From positions 40,423 through 104,422 of the forward strand of contig JACKFC010000017.1 of the NCBI GenBank assembly GCA_020632665.1: a DNA stretch of 64,000 bases, in the 5' to 3' direction. Below are positions 17,010 through 24,228 of the stretch, piece after piece (position 1 is the stretch's first letter; each line of letters starts with the position of its first letter). This stretch comes from Deltaproteobacteria bacterium (GTDB taxonomy: Bacteria; Myxococcota_A; UBA9042). Below the pieces are notes generated by a model, which searched no databases, was not told where the DNA came from, and saw nothing but the letters and a program-made list of their open reading frames with translations. Made by a program: the position numbers and the translations under genes.

Positions 17010-17689
17010 TTCAGCAGCCCGACCTCGCCCTCGTGGCCCACGGCTTCGAGCTCGGTCGTGCGCAGCAGCAGATCGCTCGCGATATCGACCAAGCGCTCGG
17101 CGCGTTCCTTCGCCGACGGGGTCTCCAGCAGCGCCTGCCGCACGGTGGGATCGAAGGCGAGAACGGTCGCGACCCGGTGGGTCAGGATTCCGGCCTTCTT
17201 GCTCGAGGAGAGGGCCTGCGCGAGCAGAGAGGCATGATCGCCGCGCTGCATCATCAGGCCGCGCACGGTGCTGCTCAGCCGCTCGATGGCGGCTTCGAGC
17301 TCGACCGGGTCGTCGACGATCTCGTCGATCACTTCGACCTCGCCGGTCCGGTAGGGCTGGAGTTGATGGATCGTGCGGACCCGAACCCGGGCCAGGCAAT
17401 GCACGTAGAGGTTGTAGCGGCCGTCGGCGAGGCGCTCTTCGTTGACGATTCGGCAGAGCGAGCCCACCTCGTGCGCCGGCGGCGAGCCGTAGTAGCTCTC
17501 TTCCCACCCGGGCTTGAGCCCGACCAGCACCAACAGGCGATTGGTCGCGAGGGCGTCGCTGACCAACATCCGGTAGCGCGGCTCGAAGATGTGCAGGCGC
17601 TGGGTGGTCTGCGGGAAGATGACGAAGGTCGGCAGCGGGAAGACGGGCAGCGACTCGTAGCGCTCGTCGACGATGGCGATCGATTGCAT
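17006..17689 (-). CDS. Stand-alone Lon protease N-terminal (substrate-binding) domain protein
   Basis: LPVFPLPTFVIFPQTTQRLHIFEPRYRML is the LON-N signature. Start taken at Met25 (MQSIAIVDE), which has GAGG upstream. The preceding 24 codons are Arg/Pro-rich. Confidence 0.75.
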   Translation of the reverse strand: MQSIAIVDERYESLPVFPLPTFVIFPQTTQRLHIFEPRYRMLVSDALATNRLLVLVGLKPGWEESYYGSPPAHEVGSLCRIVNEERLADGRYNLYVHCLARVRVRTIHQLQPYRTGEVEVIDEIVDDPVELEAAIERLSSTVRGLMMQRGDHASLLAQALSSSKKAGILTHRVATVLAFDPTVRQALLETPSAKERAERLVDIASDLLLRTTELEAVGHEGEVGLLN

Positions 17690-17726
17690 GGCGGGCCTCG
17701 GCTGCGCCCCAGAGAATACGGGCGCG

Positions 17727-17761
17727 CGGTGAGATCCTACGGGATCTCGCCGCCTCGGCAA
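17727..17761 (-). promoter_or_regulatory. Candidate sigma70-type promoter (TTGCCG-16 nt-TAGGAT, reading on the minus strand) with an overlapping perfect palindrome GAGATCC-TACG-GGATCTC (17731-17748)
   Basis: Read from the sequence. It lies in the 85-nt gap between the adenosine-deaminase-like gene and the LonN gene. Confidence 0.3.
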
Positions 17762-17774
17762 GAATTTCCGTCAG

Positions 17775-18800
17775 CTACAAGCCGTAGCCGCCGTCGTCGT
17801 TGCCTCCGGCGGTCAGCCGGGGCCGGTGCCGCCAGTTCTCGACGGCGCGCGCGATGACGAAGCGAAGGCGTGGATCGACGAAAGCGGCCTCGACCGCGCG
17901 CGCCGTGGCGGTGCGCAGCTGCTCGAGCCGCCAGCCGAGGACCCGAGAGACCTGGTCGAGCTCGGCGGTCATCGTCGTGCCGAGCAGGCCGGAGGCGCCG
18001 CTGCCGATCGTGACGAAGAGGCCGGCCTCCATCAGCCGTCCAGCCGAGGGTGGCGCGCCGTCGCGTTGCAGGCCGCAGCGTGTCTCGACCGTCGGCAGGC
18101 AGATCACGGGCACACGACGCGAGCGCAGCTGCAGCAGGGCGGCCTCGTCGCGAGGTAGGTGGTGGCCATGGACGACGCGCGAAGGGTCGAGGGCGAGGAT
18201 CTCTTCGACCTGCCGCCGGCTGCCGCCGTAGCCGGCCGTCACCGCGAGGGCGAGGCCGTCCGCGCGCAGCTTGCCCAGCACCTCCGCGAGGCCGCCGATC
18301 GGCAATGCCTCGTCGCCGGAGAGTGCGACGCCGCACATCCGATCGCCGGCGGCCTCGCGCAACGCGGCGATCGCGGCCGCGGCGGCGTCCGGATCGTCAC
18401 CACGGCGGACTTCGGCGATGATCACCCAGGAGAGCAGGGCGTCTTCCGATTCGTCGATGGCGCGCTCGAAGCCGCGCTCGATGGCGTCGAAGACGACCTC
18501 TCCGCCCAGGGCAGGGCGCAGCGCGTCGACGTGGACCTCGACGTGCACCACCGAGTCGCGGATCATGCGCTGGGCCAGGCTGTAGGCGATCGCCTCGACC
18601 TGCCGCGGCTTGTGCAGCACCGACGCCACCAGGTCCAGCGCGGCGTCCCAACCTGCGGGGCCTTCCTTGGCGAGCAGCGGCGCGACGTCGCGGTCGTCAC
18701 CGGCCTCGTGCATCAACTCGACGAGCTGCTCGACCGTCGGACTCCCGAGCAGACTGGCGCAGAGATCGACTTTGGGTAGGGTCGCGACAATCGTGCTCAT
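17775..18800 (-). CDS. Adenosine-deaminase-fold protein with degenerate catalytic and zinc-binding residues (likely a pseudoenzyme)
   Basis: ADA-like blocks are present: LPKVDLCASLLG (ADA has PKVELHVHLDG), AVTAGYGGS (ADA has TVHAGEVGS), SRVVHGHHL (DRIGHG-like) and TIGSGASG (ADA has SLNTDDP). His15, His17, His214, Glu217 and Asp295/296 are all replaced. Start at Met16 with a GAGAGGAAG ribosome-binding site. Confidence 0.75.
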   Translation of the reverse strand: MSTIVATLPKVDLCASLLGSPTVEQLVELMHEAGDDRDVAPLLAKEGPAGWDAALDLVASVLHKPRQVEAIAYSLAQRMIRDSVVHVEVHVDALRPALGGEVVFDAIERGFERAIDESEDALLSWVIIAEVRRGDDPDAAAAAIAALREAAGDRMCGVALSGDEALPIGGLAEVLGKLRADGLALAVTAGYGGSRRQVEEILALDPSRVVHGHHLPRDEAALLQLRSRRVPVICLPTVETRCGLQRDGAPPSAGRLMEAGLFVTIGSGASGLLGTTMTAELDQVSRVLGWRLEQLRTATARAVEAAFVDPRLRFVIARAVENWRHRPRLTAGGNDDGGYGL

Positions 18801-18810
18801 GCTTCCTCTC

Positions 18811-19467
18811 TCAACCGAGCTGGCGCTCCCAACGTGAGACTTCACGCAGGAAGCTCGCGTGGATGTACTCGCTGCGGATCATCTCGGCCATCTCCTCGAC
18901 GTCCCGGTACTCCTCCCAGGAGACCCGGATCGTCGGGATCCGCTTGCTGATATCTTGCACGAACGACTCGTAGGCGTCGTGCAGCGCGCTGAGATACTCC
19001 ACCGACACGCCGGATTCGACGTCGCGACTGCGCTCGCGGATCCGCGCCATGCTGCTCTCGGGCGAGACATCGAGGTAGATGATCGCCGACGGCTTGCACA
19101 TGAAATTCGACATGTGGCGGAAGAGGTCGACGTAGGTGCGGTAGTCGCGCTCCTCCATCAGCCCGGTCGTCGAGAGCATCTTGGCGAAGATCGCGTCCTC
19201 GTAGATCGTGCGGTCCTGGATCGCCGGGCGGCCACGCCAGATGATCTCCTGGTGCTGCTGGAAGCGGCGGTTGAGCAAGTAGATCTGGGTCGCGAAGCTG
19301 TAGCGCGCGGTGTCGCGATAGAAGTCGGCGAGGTATTCGTTGTCCTCCACCGGCTCGTAGTAGACGTCCAGACCCATATGGCGGCCGAGCGCGGTCGCGA
19401 GCGTGGTCTTGCCGGCGCCGATCATTCCGGCGACGCCGATGAAGAGGTTGTCGAGGCGATCGGACAT
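18811..19467 (-). CDS. Deoxynucleoside kinase (dAK/dGK/dCK family)
   Basis: P-loop VAGMIGAGKTT and family-wide similarity (YYEPVEDN...NRRF...RTIYEDAIFA). The ATG overlaps the upstream stop (TGATG). GGGAGG ribosome-binding site. Confidence 0.85.
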   Translation of the reverse strand: MSDRLDNLFIGVAGMIGAGKTTLATALGRHMGLDVYYEPVEDNEYLADFYRDTARYSFATQIYLLNRRFQQHQEIIWRGRPAIQDRTIYEDAIFAKMLSTTGLMEERDYRTYVDLFRHMSNFMCKPSAIIYLDVSPESSMARIRERSRDVESGVSVEYLSALHDAYESFVQDISKRIPTIRVSWEEYRDVEEMAEMIRSEYIHASFLREVSRWERQLG

Positions 19468-19922
19468 CAGGCCTCCCGTCGGGCGTAGCGCTCCGACAGC
19501 GCGGTCAGGGCAGGGGTCATCGTGCCGAGGGCGGTGACGAGCCGCTGCGCGGCGGTATCGAGCGCCGTGCGCAACGCGGCGGCGTCGATGCTCGTGTCGA
19601 TATCTTCGTAGCTCACCCGGATCAGAGCGTCGCTGCGCTCGAGCTCGGCCTCGATCCGGGTATCGGGGAAGCGGACCACGGCAGCGCGATCGCCGGCGTC
19701 GAGGCGGTCGAGTGCCTCCAGCCAAGCGAGCAACAGGCCGTCGAGTTGGTCCCAGAAATCCGGCCGGCAAAGCGGCGCTTCGGGCGTTCCCAGCTCGAGC
19801 GCACCGTCGAGGCAGCCAGACGCAGCCGCCTGCTCGAGCGCCTCGGTGCACGCGGCATCGCTCCACGGCTCGGGCGACAACTCGGCGCCCACCCGAAGGT
19901 GCAGGATGCACGGTGTCGACAT
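19467..19922 (-). CDS. Hypothetical protein, 151 aa
   Basis: Internal ATG (MSTPCILHL...) 16 nt after the GltJ-like stop. The longer track ORF (from 20084) would overlap the upstream gene by 145 nt. Confidence 0.45.
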   Translation of the reverse strand: MSTPCILHLRVGAELSPEPWSDAACTEALEQAAASGCLDGALELGTPEAPLCRPDFWDQLDGLLLAWLEALDRLDAGDRAAVVRFPDTRIEAELERSDALIRVSYEDIDTSIDAAALRTALDTAAQRLVTALGTMTPALTALSERYARREA

Positions 19923-19938
19923 GCCAGTGGCCAGGCGA

Positions 19939-22023
19939 TCAGCCGCCCACGGCGTAGCGCACGGTGTACTTCGTGGTGCCGCCGGAGGCCTGCGGGAAGC
20001 GGAGCTTCTTCGCGGCGCCGATGATGCACTTGCCGAGCTCGTCGCTCGAGTGCTTACCGATGACCTTGGCGTTGCTGACGCCACCCTGGGCGGCGACGTA
20101 GATGATGACCTTGATGGTCTCGGCGCCGGCGTCGATATCGCCGTGCAGCATATAGCAGCGCAGCACGTCCGAACGCTTGCCCGCGGCGATCTTGTCGACC
20201 TCGGCCTGGCTCATCTTCCGTCCAGCTCCGCCGCTGGAGGGCTCCTCGTCGTCCTCGTCCTTCTTGCTCGGCTGCGGCGCGGTCATCGCCTTGGCCTGCT
20301 TCTTGGCCCGCTCGGCGGCGAGGAGCTTGTCGATATCGTCCATATTCTTGGACGTCTTTGGCGGCTCTGGGGTCGGCTCGGGCTTGGTCTCGGCCTTCTT
20401 CGCCTCACGCGCCTTCTTCTCGGCCAGAATGCGGTCGATCTCGTCCATATTGCCGCTCGACGCGGGCTTCTCGGCCTTGGCTTCGACCTTGGCTTCGGGC
20501 TTCTTCTCGACCTTGGCTTCAGCCTTGGTCTCCGCCTTGGCCTCGGCCTTGGCGGAAGGCTTGGCCTCGGCCTTGACGACCGCCGCCTCTGCCTTCGGAG
20601 CGGTCTCGGTGCCGCCCGCATCAGCCTGCGCCGTCGCGGCGGCCGCTGCGTCCGCTGCAGCCTTCTCGGCGGCGGCCTTCTCCTCTGCAGCCTTCTTCTC
20701 GGCGGCGGCCTTCTCTTCTGCAGCCTTCTTCTCGGCGGCAGCCTTGTCGTCCGCGGCCTTCTTGTCTGCGGCGGCCTTGGCAGCAGCGATCCGCGCAGCT
20801 TCGGCCTGTGGCGCCGGCTGGACGACCTGCGGCGCAACGCCGCGGGTCTCCGTTCCCTTGCCCTTGTTCTTGGCGAGGAAGATGCCGCCGCCGACCAGCG
20901 CCAGGACCACGACGATACCGACGATCAGACCGGCACCCATGCCGCCCTCGTCATCCTTCTTCGCGGTGGCGGCTGCCTTGCCGGCGGCAACCGGGTTGGC
21001 GCCACCGACCGAGGGCTTGCCGCTCCCAGCCTTGCTGCTCGCGGTCGCTCCGCTCGTCTTCGCCGCTGGGGTCGACTTGGCCTGCGTCGCCGTCGCGCCA
21101 GCCGTGCCGGCCGCGGCCGCGGCTGCACCGGCCTTGCCACGGGCCGTGTCCTTCTTGCCCGCGGCAGCCTTCGCGTCGGCCGCGGTCTCTTCGGTCGGGA
21201 TGGCCTCGACGCGCGTCGCCGCCTCGTCCTGGCCGCTCGCCTTGGCCTCGGCCTTGCCCGGCAGCGCCACGACGCCAGCCTTGCGCTTGCCGGTGGGGAC
21301 GGCCGGGGGGGCGTCGCTCTCGGCCCCAGGAACCGGCGGCGGATCGGCGTCCTCGGAAGCCGGCACCGGCGGGGGCTCTGCCGCTGCCGTCGCGGCCGAC
21401 GTCACCGCGGCCTTGGCCACCGGGGGCGGCTCCTCGTCGACGTCGGCCTCCTCGGCGATCAGCGCGACGTCGCCGCCGGCAGGCAGCGCCGGAGGCTCGG
21501 CCTCGCCTTCGCCGCCTTCGCCGCCGTCGCCCTGGGCGTCCAGCTTGACGAGCAGCTCGATCATCGCGGCCGAGAGCTCGAGCGTCTGGGCGCGGCGCGG
21601 CGACTTCCGCTTGGCGACCGGCTCGGCCGAAGCGCCGCCGCTCACCTCGGCGACCTTCTCCTGGAAGGGCGCGACCTCGCGCACCGGCGTCCAGGCGCCG
21701 AATCCCTTGCGCCACACCAGGTCGTCCGCCTTGAGGCGGCCGGCACCGATGTGCTCCTGCACCTCCGCCTCGGTCAGCGGACCCACCTGTTTGCCTTCGA
21801 TGCCGGCGAACCAGACACGCTGCGGCGTCGTCGGTGCGGCCTCGGGCATGTCCATCTGGAAGGGCATCGTCGTGCGGCCAGCGTCGGCCTCGGTCGCGAC
21901 ACCGCGGACCCGGATCTCCGCTCCACACTTCTTGCAACCGACCTTGAAGACGCGGTTCTTGCCTTGAACCTTCTCGTCGGGGATTTTGTAGTTCGCGCCG
22001 CAGGCCGGGCAGCTGATCTTCAT
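19939..22023 (-). CDS. GltJ/AgmX-like protein: MJ0042-type zinc ribbon + GYF domain + TM + low-complexity Ala/Lys/Glu/Pro region + C-terminal AgmX-type domain
   Basis: MKISCPACGANYKIPDEKV...GCKKCGAEI zinc ribbon. RVWFAGIEGKQVGPLTEAEVQEHIGAGRLKADDLVWRKGFGAWTPV GYF-like segment. TM LIVGIVVVLALVGGGIFL. Conserved C-terminal ~80 aa (VLRCYMLHG...VIIYVAAQGGVSNAKVI...). Confidence 0.75.
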   Translation of the reverse strand: MKISCPACGANYKIPDEKVQGKNRVFKVGCKKCGAEIRVRGVATEADAGRTTMPFQMDMPEAAPTTPQRVWFAGIEGKQVGPLTEAEVQEHIGAGRLKADDLVWRKGFGAWTPVREVAPFQEKVAEVSGGASAEPVAKRKSPRRAQTLELSAAMIELLVKLDAQGDGGEGGEGEAEPPALPAGGDVALIAEEADVDEEPPPVAKAAVTSAATAAAEPPPVPASEDADPPPVPGAESDAPPAVPTGKRKAGVVALPGKAEAKASGQDEAATRVEAIPTEETAADAKAAAGKKDTARGKAGAAAAAAGTAGATATQAKSTPAAKTSGATASSKAGSGKPSVGGANPVAAGKAAATAKKDDEGGMGAGLIVGIVVVLALVGGGIFLAKNKGKGTETRGVAPQVVQPAPQAEAARIAAAKAAADKKAADDKAAAEKKAAEEKAAAEKKAAEEKAAAEKAAADAAAAATAQADAGGTETAPKAEAAVVKAEAKPSAKAEAKAETKAEAKVEKKPEAKVEAKAEKPASSGNMDEIDRILAEKKAREAKKAETKPEPTPEPPKTSKNMDDIDKLLAAERAKKQAKAMTAPQPSKKDEDDEEPSSGGAGRKMSQAEVDKIAAGKRSDVLRCYMLHGDIDAGAETIKVIIYVAAQGGVSNAKVIGKHSSDELGKCIIGAAKKLRFPQASGGTTKYTVRYAVGG

Positions 22024-22131
22024 GGCGGGGAGCCTCCGTCAGGTCGCGCAAAGGGGGCGAGAATCTAGCGCGCACGTCGCGACTTGGCAACGTCGCCGAC
22101 ACGCACCGACGCACGAGGTCGCGCGTCGATC

Positions 22132-22602
22132 TCAATCCGCCAGAAGCTGCGCCAATGCCGCGGGCGGCGTGACCCCCAGTGCCTCGGTCAAGAGACGCGC
22201 CGCGACGGCGCCGTCCCTGCCGCCCAAAAAGCGGAGCAATGCCTCGATCAGGACGGTCGATCCGGCGTCGATCGCGGCCTCTCCGTTCGGTCGAGCGCGC
22301 ACCACTTGGCGGTACCATTGCGCGTGCCGCCGCAGGCCTTCCGCGTCGTCGTGGCGAAGCGCGAGGACCAATTGTCGCGTGGTCGCGTCGAAATCGGCCT
22401 CGAGGATGCGGATGCCCTTGATGCCGCGATGCGGCGGTAACTCGGGCCGGCGTGTGGCGAGTGTCTGCCCCGCCCAGCCGGTCAGCGAGCGTCGCACAGC
22501 TTCCAGTCGGTCGGCGAGCGCAGCCCGGCCGGCGCCCGGATCGAGAAAATCGATGCCCTCGGCCAGCCAGTCTGCGTCGTCGTCGTCGTCGAAGATCCCC
22601 AT
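22132..22602 (-). CDS. Hypothetical acidic N-terminus protein, 156 aa (MGIFDDDDDADWLAEGIDFLDPG...)
   Basis: Internal ATG. The upstream part of the 243-aa track ORF is Ser-rich and non-coding in appearance. Sits 108 nt upstream of the GltJ-like gene on the same strand. Confidence 0.45.
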   Translation of the reverse strand: MGIFDDDDDADWLAEGIDFLDPGAGRAALADRLEAVRRSLTGWAGQTLATRRPELPPHRGIKGIRILEADFDATTRQLVLALRHDDAEGLRRHAQWYRQVVRARPNGEAAIDAGSTVLIEALLRFLGGRDGAVAARLLTEALGVTPPAALAQLLAD

Positions 22603-22666
22603 CGCGCCCCCTGGGCAGCCGGCCACAGACGTTGCGTCGCGGCGGGTCGTCGGGCATAGGAAGGCC

Positions 22667-23635
22667 ATGATCACGGCCATCGTCAACCCAAAGGCACAGA
22701 CGCGACACGCCGAGCTGGTCCACGCGCTGACATCTGCCAGCGGTCGGCTCCGCATCCTGGCTGCCGACGAACCGTCCGCCATCGACGCGCTGCTCTCGGA
22801 TCCGGACCAACTCGCGGCCACGGAACTGATCATCGTCGCCGGCGGCGACGGCACAGTCTCCAACTTGCTGACCCGCGCCGGCCTCTATGATGCCCTGGAT
22901 CGGCTGCCGCCGATGCTGCTGCTGCCGGTCGGCGATGTCGGCACCGCGGCGCGCGAGCTCGTCGGCGCCGGCGCGGTCGACGCGCTCGCCAGCCGCGTGC
23001 TGGTCGCGTGGGGCCGCGGCGTCCGCCGGATCGCACAGCTGCCGGTGGTTCGCCTGCGGGTCGGCGGCGAGTCGAGTCGCGTTGGCATCACCGCGAGTCT
23101 CGGCGCGATCGCCCGCGCTCATCGCGACTATGCCGCCGCCGTCGTGCCCGGCAGCGTCGGGCTCTCCGAGGTTCTGCTGCGGTTTGGGACCGGCAGCCTA
23201 CCGGACGATCGATTTCGTCGGATCGCGGCGGAAGTGCGCTGGCAAGATCCACTCGGCCGTTCGGGCGCGATGCAAGGCGTCACCGCCGCGCTGCTGAGCC
23301 CACTTCCCGGCTTCTTCGGTTGGGTGCGGCCCTTCCCCGCGGTGCGCGGCCTCGCGGTCGACGGTGTGCATGGGCTGGTCTCCGGCCTGGGGCCATTCGC
23401 GACCAAGCTCTCGCTGCCTCGCCTGCTGCGTGGCGTCCGACCCAATGGCCGCCGCTTCCACGCCGGGCCATTGGCAAAGCTGCAGTTCGAGGTCGAAGAT
23501 GATCCGGACGTCGCCGTCGTCGATGGCGAACGGGTCGCCTTGCCACCCGGCGCCACCGTGAGCGTGGAGGCGTTGGCCCCGCTGCGCGTCGTCGCGTGGC
23601 GGCCGATCCCCAAGGGCGAGATCGTGCCAGGGTGA
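22667..23635 (+). CDS. Diacylglycerol-kinase catalytic-domain lipid kinase (YegS/BmrU-like)
   Basis: LIIVAGGDGTVSNLL motif. Start at the internal ATG (MITAIVNP); the upstream 215 codons of the track ORF are Arg/Ser-rich. Confidence 0.75.
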   Translation: MITAIVNPKAQTRHAELVHALTSASGRLRILAADEPSAIDALLSDPDQLAATELIIVAGGDGTVSNLLTRAGLYDALDRLPPMLLLPVGDVGTAARELVGAGAVDALASRVLVAWGRGVRRIAQLPVVRLRVGGESSRVGITASLGAIARAHRDYAAAVVPGSVGLSEVLLRFGTGSLPDDRFRRIAAEVRWQDPLGRSGAMQGVTAALLSPLPGFFGWVRPFPAVRGLAVDGVHGLVSGLGPFATKLSLPRLLRGVRPNGRRFHAGPLAKLQFEVEDDPDVAVVDGERVALPPGATVSVEALAPLRVVAWRPIPKGEIVPG

Positions 23636-23772
23636 GACAGGTGTCTCACAAAGTGCCTTATTTTGACGCAACCGATCAAGTCGCGAAAACACAACGGAAT
23701 CTCTCTTCCTGGTGTTCCAAAGTGGAGCGCTTTCGCCAAGATGGGCGCCCCGCTCGCTTCGGCTTGCCAGTG

Positions 23773-23787
23773 TGGCCAGCCAACTGC
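23773..23787 (+). promoter_or_regulatory. Possible sigma54 (-24/-12) promoter TGGCCAGCCAACTGC
   Basis: The GG and GC dinucleotides sit at the consensus spacing TGGC-N8-TGC. It lies inside the lower-GC non-coding region upstream of the clp-like gene. Identified by pattern match only. Confidence 0.2.
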
Positions 23788-24114
23788 GCCAAAGTGGCGC
23801 AGTGGAGAAGTTTCTATCTCGTGCTTTTCGGCTGTTGTCGATTCGCCGTGGGAGCGACTTGCAAGTTGGCGTGGAACATGCAACACACCTACTTGCAGAG
23901 CGAGACGCGTGGGCAGAATCCCTATGGCTTCCCTGACCACCCTGTCACCTTGTTCAATCCGCGCCGTGTTTCGCACGGCGCGTCCCTCGGCCGCAGCAGA
24001 CGCGGTCACCATCGCCGGAGCGCGCATCGTTAGGGAGTGCGCCCACCGGAGCCTTCGTGGCGGTGACCGAAGAGTTGTGGGCTCATTTCCTCGAACTCCC
24101 ACCTCGCTCTCTTC

Positions 24115-24162
24115 CCACCGGCGGCCGGAAACGGCCGCCGGTGGGGTTTTTGGCTCGTTTTC
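24115..24162 (+). terminator. Rho-independent terminator CCACCGGCGGCCG-GAAA-CGGCCGCCGGTGG followed by GGTTTTTGGCTCGTTTT
   Basis: Perfect 13-bp GC stem, GAAA loop and a U-rich tail on the plus strand. It ends 1 nt before the TTG that opens the clp-like ORF in the ORF track. Confidence 0.7.
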
Positions 24163-24228
24163 TTGGCAACGCGCTCCGAATCGATAGGCTGCCGCCGACG
24201 GTCAGCGTCGGCGCGTCGAGGGGGGCAA

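Noticed and set aside
17690-17761. N-terminal 24-codon extension of the LonN ORF (the ORF-track Met at 17761)
   Set aside because: Arg/Pro-rich. It contains the promoter-like hexamers and the palindrome. The internal Met has a ribosome-binding site and starts at the conserved LON-N fold.
20177-21967. 596-aa plus-strand ORF
   Set aside because: Antisense to the GltJ-like gene. Its Ala/Ser/Pro-rich product has no motifs.
23945-23985. tRNA-like GTTCAATCC T-loop motif
   Set aside because: The flanking bases cannot form a T-stem or acceptor stem, and no D-arm or anticodon arm is present.
23128-24187. Track ORFs 23128..24102(-), 23596..24033(+), 23663..24187(+), 23712..23936(+)
   Set aside because: They lie in the lower-GC intergenic region, have low or irregular GC3, and lack ribosome-binding sites. 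I treated the region as non-coding RNA or regulatory DNA instead.
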